Source: Mizuhopecten yessoensis
Lineage: Eukaryota
Reading direction: 5' to 3'
Assembly (NCBI RefSeq): GCF_002113885.1
Contig: NW_018408713.1
Span: 2,386,908-2,450,907, forward strand
DNA: 64,000 nucleotides
Numbering within the stretch: position 1 is the first letter of the stretch; the number at the start of each line of letters is the position of its first letter. A model generated the notes under the pieces. That model was given only the letters and a program-made list of their open reading frames with translations, was not told where the DNA came from and ran no database searches. Shown in pieces: positions 12,201-23,521 of this stretch. The position numbers and the translations under genes are program-made.

Positions 12201-15200
12201 CATACAGGTTGATCTTGCCACATGTGTATCCAGCTGCTAGCACTGAAATAGAAAAATAGAAGTCATTTCCAACCTAGCTGCGGCCTATGGAGCAGCAAGC
12301 AGTTAACCTTTGTTTTCTATCACCAGTGGCAAGAGGTAACTGAAAGTCGATATCTCCCTCCTTGACTTTTTCAGAAATACTGTGCTGGTACCTATGTATA
12401 CAGCTGGGCAGACACAACAGCAGTAACTACCTCATGCCAGTTCAGTTCAAACTTATGGCTGGATATATGTCTATCCCTCACATCCTGACTGGGATATCAT
12501 GTACTACCGGGTGTTAGATTTGTCTATCCCTCCCTTCCTGACTGGGATATCATGTACTACTACTAGCCGGTGTTAGATTTGTCTATCCCTCCCATCCTGA
12601 CTGGGATATCATGTACTAGCCGGTGTTAGATTCGTCTATCCCTCGCATCCTGACTGGGATATCATGTACTACCCAGTGTTAGATTTGTCTATCCCTCCCA
12701 TCCTGACTGGGATATCATGTACTACCCGGTGTTAGATTTGTCTATCCCTCCCATCCTGACTGGGATATCATGTACTACCCGGTGTTAGATTTGTCTATCC
12801 CTCCCATCCTGACTGGGATATCATGTACTACCCGGTGTTAGATTTGTCTATCCCTCCCATCCTGACTGGGATATCATGTACTACCCGGTGTTAGATTTGT
12901 CTATCCCTCCCATCCTGACTGGGATATCATGTACTACCCGGTGTTAGATTTGTCTATCCCTCCCATCCTGACTGGGATATCATGTACTACCCGGTGTTAG
13001 ATTTGTCTATCCCTCCCATCCTGACTGGGATATCATGTACTACCCGGTGTTAGATTTGTCTATCCCTCCCATCCTGACTGGGATATCATGTACTACCCGG
13101 TGTTAGATTTGTCTATCCCTCCCATCCTGACTGGGATATCATGTACTACCCGGTGTTAGATTTGTCTATCCCTCCCATCCTGACTGGGATATCATGTACT
13201 ACCCGGTGTTAGATTTGTCTATCCCTCCCATCCTGACTGGGATATCATGTACTACCCGGTGTTAGATTTGTCTATCCCTCCCATCCTGACTGGGATATCA
13301 TGTACTACCCGGTGTTAGATTTGTCTATCCCTCCCATCCTGACTGGGATATCATGTACTACCCGGTGTTAGATTTGTCTATCCCTCCCATCCTGACTGGG
13401 ATATCATGTACTACCCGGTGTTAGATTTGTCTATCCCTCCCATCCTGACTGGGATATCATGTACTACCCGGTGTTAGATTTGTCTATCCCTCCCATCCTG
13501 ACTGGGATATCATGTACTACCCGGTGTTAGATTTGTCTATCCCTCCCATCCTGACTGGGATATCATGTACTACCCGGTGTTAGATTTGTCTATCCCTCCC
13601 ATCCTGACTGGGATATCATGTACTACCCGGTGTTAGATTTGTCTATCCCTCCCATCCTGACTGGGATATCATGTACTACCCGGTGTTAGATTTGTCTATC
13701 CCTCCCATCCTGACTGGGATATCATGTACTACCCGGTGTTAGATTTGTCTATCCCTCCCATCCTGACTGGGATATCATGTACTACCCGGTGTTAGATTTG
13801 TCTATCCCTCCCATCCTGACTGGGATATCATGTACTACCCGGTGTTAGATTTGTCTATCCCTCCCATCCTGACTGGGATATCATGTACTACCCGGTGTTA
13901 GATTTGTCTATCCCTCCCATCCTGACTGGGATATCATGTACTACCCGGTGTTAGATTTGTCTATCCCTCCCATCCTGACTGGGATATCATGTACTACCCG
14001 GTGTTAGATTTGTCTATCCCTCCCATCCTGACTGGGATATCATGTACTACCCGGTGTTAGATTTGTCTATCCCTCCCATCCTGACTGGGATATCATGTAC
14101 TACCCGGTGTTAGATTTGTCTATCCCTCCCATCCTGACTGGGATATCATGTACTACCCGGTGTTAGATTTGTCTATCCCTCCCATCCTGACTGGGATATC
14201 ATGTACTACCCGGTGTTAGATTTGTCTATCCCTCCCATCCTGACTGGGATATCATGTACTACCCGGTGTTAGATTTGTCTATCCCTCCCATCCTGACTGG
14301 GATATCATGTACTACCCGGTGTTAGATTTGTCTATCCCTCCCATCCTGACTGGGATATCATGTACTACCCGGTGTTAGATTTGTCTATCCCTCCCATCCT
14401 GACTGGGATATCATGTACTACCCGGTGTTAGATTTGTCTATCCCTCCCATCCTGACTGGGATATCATGTACTACCCGGTGTTAGATTTGTCTATCCCTCC
14501 CATCCTGACTGGGATATCATGTACTACCCGGTGTTAGATTTGTCTATCCCTCCCATCCTGACTGGGATATCATGTACTACCCGGTGTTAGATTTGTCTAT
14601 CCCTCCCATCCTGACTGGGATATCATGTACTACCCGGTGTTAGATTTGTCTATCCCTCCCATCCTGACTGGGATATCATGTACTACCCGGTGTTAGATTT
14701 GTCTATCCCTCCCATCCTGACTGGGATATCATGTAATACCCGGTGTTAGATTTGTCTATCCCTCCCATCCTGACTGGGATATCATGTAATACCCGGTGTT
14801 AGATTTCTCTATACCCATCCTGACTGGGATATCATGTAATACCCAGTGTTAGATTTGTCTATCACTCGCATCCTGACTGGGATATCATGTACTACCTGGT
14901 GTTAGATTTGTCTATCCCTTTCCATCTGTCTTGCACCTTACAAGTTCACACAATGATGTGTTTATCCAAGCACATAAAGTATAACACATATTCCACAATT
15001 CTCCCTATTTCTGAAGTAGACTCCTGATTTGGAAACCTTAAATTCAATATCCCAACCAATGAATTCGCTAAACTATTCCTTTATTCTAAGGTCAAATGAT
15101 TTCATCTGAAAGAGCAATAAGATGCCATTTTAAGTGTTAGGAATATACACACATTTTATTAATGTATAAATTTTGAGCATGTGGAATCTCTGCAAAGGAA

Positions 15201-18200
15201 ATGTTAAAAGGTTGGCAAATACGATAACAGCCATAATTTTAAATGTTCCATTTTGATCTTAAATGTATGGTGTTGATGTTATTAAATTTTCGATATTAAA
15301 TACAATATATACTACATACATGAAAATTTGTCTTGCAATGTACCCTTTCCCTTTAATGCACCGCGTAATGATGGTGAAATTATCAACATAGCAATCAAAT
15401 ATGAAGGGCGGAATTAACACTGGCCAAATATGGTGTTACTAGCCAAAGGTGAATGATACAGACATTTCACCTACCCAATGAAACCTGCTTTTGTTCTCTC
15501 GTAAGACTTATATTATTTATGTGAAAGCATTCGAACGTAGATATAGTAGTGCAGAGGCTGTGTTAAACTGGGGTCTAAGATGGATTACATGTTAATTTGG
15601 AAATGGCAGAATCAGAGAAACTGTATATAAAGACGGAATCATCCCAGTGATGTTGCTAGGTTTGGGATTGTTAACAGATGAAGCATTTGGTTCTGTTTGG
15701 AATTTTACCTTTCCCATCTGGTCGCCATGCCAACGCTGTAACCTTGACCTCTTCAGCAGGTGGCGCCACCAACCAGACTTTCTGCCATGACAGTCGATGT
15801 AGGACAACCTGTTAATGACAGACAAAAAACTGCTTATGTAAACTTGCTTATTATACATAAACAAAACTCTCAAGTAGGGTCAACAAGGTTTTAACAAACA
15901 TTTTTTCACAAAAATGCTCTCTTAATCACAAATTGGATACATATTGCAGATATTAAATGTGACAATTAACTATTTCACTAATTTACAAAAGCCACTACAA
16001 AAATGTATACCATGTATTTATTACTTTACCATCCTTTAAAAAAAAGATTATTGAGCACACATGTATTACCTCTTCATTCTTTGTCACAAAATACATATAT
16101 AGACCTGTGCGATGGCGCAGGTCGAGCAGACCTCGCTGGTAGGGGGACCCCCAACCCTTGGAAAGCTTGACTTACGGCATTGCACAATCATTTCAAAATG
16201 TATTTTTTCATGCCTTTCTATAAACAGTAATGCAAAGATCTGTCAGTATATTTATTTTGTTTTATTTTGATATCTTTGAAAATAACTATGTAACAATATT
16301 TTATAGTTTGCTACTTTAAGAAGCTGTCTGCCACTATATTTTTTTTTATTATATATGTTGTATTGTTTTCTATATAAATGGAAATACAATTTTACCAATC
16401 AATTATCTAATATGATACAAACATATCCTATTCTGTGCTATCTGAACCGTTACCGGATTGATTTTCTTATTTTTTCTTACTTTTCTTCCATTTTTAAAGG
16501 ACCCCATTGGAAATCAGCCACTTTGTGGCTTTTATGGGTAATCCTAGGTAAACGGCACTCACCACCACTCCTATTATGCAACCTATTTATATCTACCTTC
16601 ATATACTAAAAATAGTCTGTATTATTTTATAGTAATATCTGCCTTTTTTTATAGTGTATCAGATTTTTTTTAGATTTTTATACTCTGGGATATACGTCAA
16701 GGTGAATTAAGAAACCTTTTATTATGATAGACCTATTATTATTCTCAGTCTTAATTAATACAAAATACTCTTTTTTATTTACAAGCTGATTGTGATCTTA
16801 ATTACAAAATGTATATGTTTTATTCTAAATTGTGATATCTTGTAATAACATGCCTATTTTAACTGAATAAATATTATTATAATTCTGATATCTGTGTTGC
16901 CAGTCGCGGACCAAGGGGTGTTGCCAGTGGCGGACCCAGGGGTGTTGCCCTAGTTGTGTGGGCAACACCCTTTTTTCTATGTCCAAAAATAATCTGGACC
17001 AAGGTTTTTGAAGATTTCCCTCTATTTCATATGGGATTTCCTTCTAATATCAACCATCCTTTGAACTATGATTTGCTATGACTTCCCCAGCCAGTAGTTT
17101 GAATATTTTGGGGGTTAAGAAATACACACCTAATGTAATGATGTATCAAGAATTAGGGAGGCTACCTTTACAAATGATTAGGAAATTTAGAATTTTTAAA
17201 TATTGGCTTAAACTTAAAATTTCGGACAATTGCATTTTAAAGGCTTGTTACAATGAGATGATTGAAAAGGTCAGCGACTGGACAAATAGCATAACAAATA
17301 AATTATATAGGTTAGGTTTGGGATATTTATGGCTAACAGAGGATAATGAAGGTCAAATTCTGAATATTATTAAATGTAGAATGCATGACATTTTTCAACA
17401 GGAGTGTCTAGATTTAATTAATTCATCTGCTAAGTGTTCTCTTTATAAATGGATCTGTGGTATTTTTTGTCTTAAACAGTATTTAATTAAACCTATTGGA
17501 TTACAAAATATAAAACAAATTGCTAAAATTTGGTTGTCATCGCATACGTTGAATATTGAAACGGGTAGATTTCATGGTTTAGAGAGAAAAGATAGAATTT
17601 GTATATATTGTAACACTGGCGATATTGAAGACGAATATCATTATAGTATTAGATGTAGTCATTATACTGATTAAAGAAACCATTTCGTTAAAAAATATTA
17701 TCATAAAAAACCTAGTATGGCAAATTTTTTAGATTTGATGACAACCAGAAATAATAAAGAACTTTCTAATTTAGTCAAATATCTGAACCAATGTCAAAAA
17801 AGGAGATGCAATACTGTTTAGGATTGAAGGAATCACTCTCTATACTTTCTGTGATTTTATCGTGTATGCATGGTCGGAAGGTGGTATTCTCTGTATTCTC
17901 ATATATATATACTGTATAATTTGAACTGTATATATGCACTGTACTGATGAACCGCAAGGTTTAAGGTAATAAAGAATGAATGAATGAACATCTATATATG
18001 TCTAAGGGTGTTGCCGAAACAAGGAGTCCACTACTTATACTCTAAACAATCGGGGATTAATCCTCTATTGTCTATATATAAGTTGGGTCTCCAGTCAGGT
18101 CAGTGATCAAGGCTCACCGGACTGACTCTACCTAATCTTATTGTTCTAATGTCACAGTGTGGTGATCCCCCTGTCAGTTGGCGAGGAATATACCATCTGT

Positions 18201-19688
18201 TGGGATTAGGTATTATAGGTGGAAATGATATTTCAAAGGTTGAGTCCATTTCATGATAGATAAACCTGTATTTTCACATGTGGTTTCATGTTCACATGAT
18301 CACCAGGAGTGATTTATTAAAGCAATTAAAAAATATTCCAAAAATTTCAAAGACAATAAAGCACCCTCCTTAGCATCACTTTATCAGGTGAATAATAACC
18401 AATGTTAGCATAAAAGCCTAGCATGGTTATCCTTTTCATTAGGTGTTGCCCTTGTACATATGTATGCATACAAATTCTCAATAAAAGACAAACAATTAAA
18501 TCATAATTCATACTTATGACCAAAAAATAATAATATTTAATTGCCAAAATGCTCCCCTAAACTACATGCACATAAAGGGCATGACACAAACCAAACATCA
18601 ACATTTTAACCAAAAACCTACATTTTTACCATTTTTCATAGAATTTACCTTGCTGCATCCAATTCTTTCATCTATCCAGTTTTTAACATTTGACTTTTAT
18701 CCCTTTATCCTTTTTCAGCAGTGTTATTATGTTTCAAAATTCAAGTTTTATTTATTCACTCCAACACACTTACGTGTGTAACAAGAGGTCACATACATAT
18801 AGTAAATATGATACATGGCGTGTGATGTACACAATTACAACATTGTATATAGCATAGTTACATATAGAAGGAGCATAACCTTGTACAGAAATTCAGTTAA
18901 TATCTGTTCAAGCTTTTCTAGGAATCTACAAACTTTTGTGTAAATTTTTACATTAAATATATTAAACAATCCTTGCATTTTTATTTGACTTGGATAAGTG
19001 AAATAGTATTTTGGTATATATTTCTCTCTTAGACATTTAACTAAATCACTTTCACATATAAATAAGTAATGAAATTCATCCCCAATGTCGGAATTACGTT
19101 ATGTGTGCATGGAGGTTTCGAAAAGAACATGGGTCTTTCAGAAAAGAGGATCATTAAGCTAGGACAAGGAACACATATGGCATACCAACTTGGTACCATT
19201 TGCAACCCTCTGTTCACCACACTCTGGACAAAGCAATTAAAACATTGGACACTTGCGTCCCCCTAAACACTGAACACCACTCACACAATACCCCCGTATA
19301 CACCCACCCCACCCTGAAAACGAAAAACATACGACACCACTTACTTCCCTTGAACATTTGACACTACAATGCCCCTTTTGCAAATCCCGTTCATCTGTTT
19401 TTAAATGTAACATTTTCGGTTATAAATCATGGCGGCCCTGAAAGACCTTGCAAGGCTTTATCAAGGCTTGCCTGAAAGCAGCACAAGATTACTAGACCAG
19501 ACCTTATTTCATAAACCAACAACTCTGGTCCAACTGGTTCAACCTCCAGCCTCCAGCCAGACACTACTTACCTCCCCTTGAACATTAGACAGAGCCACCA
19601 GGTCAAACTTGGGTGACCATAACATCAACTCCACCTCCACAGACACATGCTTCTCGTCCACCTGTTTAAATGCTGTCTCCTCTGGCAT
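182..19688 (-). CDS. ANAPC4: Anaphase-promoting complex subunit 4 (5' part; 14 coding exons, continues beyond the left edge)
   Basis: Join of 19688-19572, 15808-15709, 12242-12035, 11125-11096, 10811-10767, 9263-9161, 8469-8362, 6693-6610, 5505-5410, 4844-4783, 3909-3867, 2633-2557, 603-451, 237-182. All introns are GT-AG with consistent phases. The translation has recognisable APC4 motifs: WSPKFDLVAL, LHRLSWQKVW, LAWRPDGK, EAWEDILMEMDSKL, GLKNLGHSIETSYSNIQKLV, NFKAFFRWLYV. Confidence 0.95.
451..603 (-). CDS. ANAPC4: ANAPC4 exon (VSQAMLYHLSDLRGMSAWYEKFGVLG...)
   Basis: ttacag acceptor, CA|gtgagt donor, 153 nt. Confidence 0.93.
800..1164. mobile_element. TTAA-flanked MITE (Kolobok/piggyBac-like) carrying a tRNA-like segment
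   Basis: ttaaggatccctgtcccactgc ... gcagtggtaccaggatcattaa; homologous to 60528-61132 in the opposite orientation. Confidence 0.6.
1725..2362. repeat. ~58-bp tandem repeat (about 11 copies), probably inside a Tc1/pogo-type MITE
   Basis: Unit caagttcagctaacaggaaaataacagcattggagatttttaaaagtggtctcttaata; preceded by tacaatcaaacctc at 1668. Confidence 0.85.
2449..2539. mobile_element. Short TTAA-type palindromic MITE
   Basis: ttaactaattcgcccctgaa ... ttcaggggtgaatgagttga imperfect TIRs. Confidence 0.5.
2557..2633 (-). CDS. ANAPC4: ANAPC4 exon (GLKNLGHSIETSYSNIQKLVVQHLQ)
   Basis: AAG-type acceptor (cttactaag), GT|gtaagt donor, 77 nt. Confidence 0.92.
2974..3165. mobile_element. ~190-bp long-TIR MITE family A, copy 1
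   Basis: tattccgtctt...aagac(t/g)gaata with ~70-bp TIRs; homologous copies at 4339 and 53670. Confidence 0.85.
3394..3533. mobile_element. Palindromic MITE
   Basis: tcttaca..tgtccatgtcatattgaattcattaaa / tttaatgaattcaatatgacatggaca..tgtaaga inverted arms. Confidence 0.75.
3867..3909 (-). CDS. ANAPC4: ANAPC4 exon (SPELQAFLLHELTEK)
   Basis: tttcag acceptor, AAG|gtttgt donor, 43 nt. Confidence 0.92.
4042..4185. mobile_element. PIF/Harbinger-like MITE
   Basis: TIRs gccc..gatcatgaaacaatctta / taagattgtttcatgatc..gggc, flanked by a 3-bp CAG duplication. Confidence 0.65.
4339..4526. mobile_element. MITE family A, copy 2
   Basis: Highly similar to 53670-53859. Confidence 0.85.
4783..4844 (-). CDS. 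ANAPC4: ANAPC4 exon (KTGTSTVSNDFLELLMFGTP)
   Basis: gtcag acceptor, AG|gtactg donor, 62 nt. Confidence 0.9.
5410..5505 (-). CDS. ANAPC4: ANAPC4 exon (YLQQTIQQMSEAWEDILMEMDSKLLKFAGEKR)
   Basis: Highly conserved APC4 helix; ctacag acceptor, AGG|gtaaat donor. Confidence 0.95.
5698..6180. mobile_element. Non-autonomous Helentron/DINE-like element
   Basis: aactag end, ~150-bp internal direct repeat, (ggac)n microsatellite and terminal hairpin tatacccccg..cgggggtata. Confidence 0.65.
6291..6485 (+). mobile_element. tRNA-derived SINE with a V-domain-like core
   Basis: Degenerate A/B boxes followed by gtgggttttctctgggtattctggtttcctcc. Confidence 0.55.
6610..6693 (-). CDS. ANAPC4: ANAPC4 exon (FDTRLLSSRYQEL...IATLIG)
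   Basis: ccacag acceptor, GGG|gtaggt donor, 84 nt. Confidence 0.9.
7072..8371. repeat. 31-bp minisatellite (about 42 near-identical copies) built from the ANAPC4 exon end plus donor
   Basis: Unit cctgaccttcccctacttacagtcatgataa; on the minus strand TTATCATGACT|gtaagtaggggaaggtcagg. Confidence 0.97.
8362..8469 (-). CDS. ANAPC4: ANAPC4 exon (LKQIHSAEISQDL...FSIMT)
   Basis: ttctag acceptor, ACT|gtaagt donor, 108 nt, phase 0-0. Confidence 0.88.
9161..9263 (-). CDS. ANAPC4: ANAPC4 exon (LNLLLAG...FAYGVYPIG...HDAQ)
   Basis: ttctag acceptor, CAG|gtaagt donor, 103 nt. Confidence 0.9.
10767..10811 (-). CDS. ANAPC4: ANAPC4 exon (EENVEDSKKLNDQK)
   Basis: ctcag acceptor, GA|gtaagt donor, 45 nt. Confidence 0.88.
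11096..11125 (-). CDS. ANAPC4: ANAPC4 30-nt exon (SYGTLSKGASV)
   Basis: tgtttcag acceptor, GT|gtaagt donor; phase 2-2 bridges its neighbours. Confidence 0.8.
12035..12242 (-). CDS. ANAPC4: ANAPC4 exon (VLAAGY...LPKLQPLNK)
   Basis: Matches ORF 12031..12243; tttcag acceptor, AG|gtagat donor. Confidence 0.92.
12468..14918. repeat. 53-bp intronic minisatellite (about 46 copies)
   Basis: Unit ccggtgttagatttgtctatccctcccatcctgactgggatatcatgtactac; homogeneous core with degenerate edges. Confidence 0.97.
15709..15808 (-). CDS. ANAPC4: ANAPC4 exon (VVLHRLSWQKVW...WRPDGK)
   Basis: cag acceptor, G|gtaaaa donor, 100 nt; WD40-region motif. Confidence 0.93.
17095..17988 (+). mobile_element. 5'-truncated non-LTR retrotransposon (CR1/L2-type 3' end)
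   Basis: ORF with ELGRLPL, LSSHTLNIETGR and RICIYC..DIEDEYH; AATAAA plus (GAAT)n tail. Confidence 0.85.
19572..19688 (-). CDS. ANAPC4: ANAPC4 first coding exon (MPEETAFKQ...NVQGE)
   Basis: ATG at 19688; acceptor upstream with exon starting at 19708; donor GAG|gtaagt; 39 codons. Confidence 0.92.
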
Positions 19689-19959
19689 TTTGACATCAAC
19701 TTATCACACTGTAATACAGAAACTATATTTCATGATCAGTTCTGTCCGAGCCATAATATTGGTCAAGAAAATAAGCTGCTATATACTTTGATCACAATTT
19801 TTCAAATTATTTCGAATCCTAAATGTGTATCAGAAATGCGATGTTTAGATATAAATTGTAGATAGATTAAGTAAATAAGATTTGGTGGGGAAAAATGTAA
19901 AAGGGGCATACCGGTTACTCCAATAAATAAAGTCAATTATTTTTAGAAACTTTGTTAAT

Positions 19960-21689
19960 GGAAATAAGAAAAAATCAATTTCTTACTCGTCATAAAAAAT
20001 AAAGCAAATTAACTTAAGAGAAAATGATCAAATAGATGAAATTCAGAAGCTTGAAAATCAGAATGATATAAATTTGGAAGAGTTGGATAGAAAAAAAAGG
20101 AATTAGAAAACATTAGAACATGCACATAGGGTGAAGGGAAGTATAATTCGAGCCAAACCTTTATGGATAGACGAAGGGGAAAAACCAACAAATAATTTTT
20201 TCGGTTTAGAAAATATAAACTTTACACCAATTTTTTTTCCAAAGCTGCCAAGGGAAAATGGGGAATTAATAACAAAACAAGATCATATTTTAAAAGAAGT
20301 AAAAACAATATATGTAATATTATACTCCACTGTTGATAACAAAGTTAAAGAAATGAATTTAGAAGACTTCCCAGATTTTGATGTGCCAAAATTGAGTATA
20401 GTAGAAGCTGACAGTTTAGAAGGATTAATAACACTAAAGGAGGCATCTAAAACCCTTAGAAACATGAACAATAACAAAAGCCTGGGTTCAGACGGATTTA
20501 CTTCAGAATTTTTTAAATGTTTTTGGAAGCAGCTTGGAAACTTTGTGGTTAGGTCATTAAATCATGGTTATTTAACTGGTCAGTTATCTGTTACTCAATG
20601 TCAGGGTATCATATATGATTCCTAAGGCAAATAAATCAAAATATTTCATGAAAATTTGGCGGCCTATCTCTCTTTTAAATATCTCGATCTATAGCTAGTA
20701 GACTTAAACATATTAAGAAATAAAAAAGGATCACAGGAGTTCTATAAAGTTCTTATTCAAAATAATGTCACAGTAACAGGACAAAATAAATGGGGAACTG
20801 TTTTTGATTATAATACAGGGAGGAAACATGGAAAAATATATATGCTGTTCCATTCAGGGTAACAAATAACACAAAGTTATAATGGTTACAATTTAGAAGA
20901 AATCATTACATTTTAACAACAAATTCATATTTATTCAAGATTGGACTAATAAATAACCCTCTGTGTGTTTTATGTTTTATGGAAAGGGAGACAATTATTC
21001 ATATCCTATGGGATTGCACTGAAGTAAAGCTTTTAAACAAATTTTGAAAATCTCTTAAATGCACTTGCTATTCCCTTTTCAATAAATAAAGAAAATATTA
21101 TTTTTGGATAAATTGAGCAAACAGGAATTTATAATAGAATTGACAATGAAATTATTCTTTTTATTATATATGTACAAAACTAGATGTTTGCATAGCTCAC
21201 TTAATGTTATGGCTCTAGTAAATTTGATTGAAGAATATTACAATGTTCAGAATATATTGCATATGGTTAAGGGGAACAATATCTCAATAAGTTTACTAAT
21301 GAATGGCGAAAAATGGATAAAAGTAGTTGAACTTGCCTAAACATTGATATTTTTATTTTATTTTTTTATTAAATACTAAACACAGTCATTAAATTGTTAT
21401 TTGCCTTTTCATCAACCACTTGCATTTTGCTATGAGTGATCTTTATATTATCATAGGTATAGCATATATCAATCGGACCTTTACTCAGAAAGTCTGACAT
21501 CTCTATCTTTGTGTCTGTCTTTGTGTCTGTCTCTCTATCTCTCTGCCCGTCTATGTCTGTGTGGATTTTGCATATGTGCAGAAAACAATGTGTTTTTTGT
21601 TTGTTTTGTATGTGTTTGAATATGTCATATTTATGTCAAAATTATTTATGTAAAATCTTTGAAAAATAAACAATTATACAAAAAAAAAT
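19960..21689 (+). mobile_element. Degenerate L1/Tx1-clade LINE with an internal deletion
   Basis: WIDEGEKPT..FF, NKSLGSDGFTSEFFKCFW and WRPISLLN; C-terminal CxxC..ETIIHILWDC; AATAAA plus A tail. Confidence 0.85.
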
Positions 21690-23335
21690 ATAGTCAGATA
21701 TAAGTTACGGTGATCATATTGAACCAAGTGGGTTAAAATACCAGTGTGACATGCATTCAGTATAGAACAAATATCTGATCATGAACTGCCAGTGATTACT
21801 GTTCATTATTTGAACACATGAATGTAATGATGTGAAAAAAACTGTAAAACCTTGATATAATGCTCCTTTAGTGGCTATTTTACCTACAAACACTCTCAAT
21901 GTCCACTTGCCTTTCTGTTATTCTCTTACAATTCATGGCCAACTTATAATGCCAAAATTTATATCAACTGACAGAAGCATAAAGGTGCGTGTGACTGGGA
22001 GAAAACGTCATAAAATATATTCTGGCCTAATCTGGGGTTCATCAAAGAGAGGGTAAAAAAAGTAGATAGAGCACTATTATATATAGGTACAATTCACTTT
22101 GCTGATTACTTGCACTCATTTCATTTGTGATCTTGTCAAATTTCGGTTTTTATTTAAATCAAATATTCAAATTTCTGCACGGCATAATCTGAGGACATGT
22201 TTCTGTGTTGTGACTACATATCACTGCAAGCATACCACAAATGTTGAAGTCATTGAATTATTGGTAGTGAAATTAGACACTCAAAGACTGTAGAAAAGAA
22301 ACTTTGTTACTTTTTATTCAGTTGAAAACAAATACACCTGGAAAAGGTATTTTTTTATATAATGTATGCCACAACTCGCCATCATCAGCTCAACAAATTA
22401 TTTGACTGTCAAGTGGTCTGGTTATTCCTGTTATTTTAAAACAGGCAATGCCAAAAAGTATGGTGTCTTTTTACGTTTTTCTGAGAACTTCCTCCTCTTT
22501 ATAAGTAAATGTAAGTAAGTTTATCCAATCAAAAAAAATTGATGTGACTGAAAAATTGTAGCAGATAAAAAATGTGGTAATAATTTTGTAAACTTTTTCT
22601 CCCTCTTTTTCGCCCGTAGTGGTATCATATTGTATGCAAGTTGTGCCATAATTAGATTACCAGGTAGCAGTGAAATTGGTGATGTAATGCTGTTGTACAA
22701 CAATCACCCGATGCTGCTGTTAGAATTATCAAAAATCTATAAAGATAAATTTCCTTTAAATTCGTGTTCTCCTCTTGCACAGGTCAGTTGCAAATTAAGA
22801 AATCTTTATTTTCGGATTATCTCTTAAACGTGTCATTGGCCTTATGGTGCTACTCTTTCAATATTAAAATGTCTTTTCCCCCTTTTCCGAACAAGCTTTG
22901 TCGTTGGGACTGCCCAATCACTGGCCTGCTCGGACCTCTCTCTCGGACTCTCCTCCTCGAACTAAATTTTCCTTCTCTTAACGTTAACTAAGTGATTAAT
23001 TATTATGTAATATTATATATAGTCTGTCATTTGTGCTGCATAAACCCAACTTCGTGACAAAATGTTCAATTAGTTGAAGGTGGTCACATATGGAAGAACT
23101 AAGAACTAGCAGAACTATGGTAAAATAAATCGTCAAAACTGGTGATGCACAAGATGTATCATGTATGCTAACATAGAGACGTAAACATAACGGAAAAAAA
23201 CATCACTAACAACTTGTTTAGGAAAAGTAAATATATCGTACTATAATTACACAAAAGTACTGTAATTAAATTCCGAAAAAGTATATTATATTCCATGCAT
23301 TTTAACACCTCTAGCCTGCTGAAAGAGTTGGATAC

Positions 23336-23380
23336 CTATCTCAGCACTCAGCTTCCATGGGCGCAGACATTTTGAATTGA
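23336..23380 (-). other. ANAPC4: Probable non-coding first exon of ANAPC4, containing a 9-codon uORF (MSAPMEAEC*, 23370-23341)
   Basis: Lies next to the CCAAT boxes; GATAG|gtatcc donor at 23336/23335; the first coding exon has an acceptor that needs an upstream exon. The 5' limit is approximate. Confidence 0.55.
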
Positions 23381-23490
23381 AAACGAGTTTACTATGTGTC
23401 GTCCAATCAATGCCATTTCTAAAAATAAATTGACCAATAATACACACCGTAACTGATTAAATGAAAGAAGGCGGCCATTTTAAGCTGTAA
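23365..23490. promoter_or_regulatory. Bidirectional promoter shared by ANAPC4 and the ARHGAP19-like gene
   Basis: CCAAT boxes at 23403 and 23434 (31 bp apart), TTTGAA (CHR-like) at 23371, YY1-like GCGGCCATTTT at 23471; locally CpG-retaining; divergent first exons on each side. Confidence 0.65.
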
Positions 23491-23521
23491 AAAGATTTTA
23501 TACGAAAATCTGCGATGTCGA

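Noticed and set aside
7072-14918. CRISPR-like appearance of the long arrays
   Set aside because: The units are head-to-tail with no unique spacers, there are no cas genes, and the context is eukaryotic introns.
12468-14918. Common origin of the two 53-bp repeats (this one and 50341-50656)
   Set aside because: Same period but no alignable sequence on either strand.
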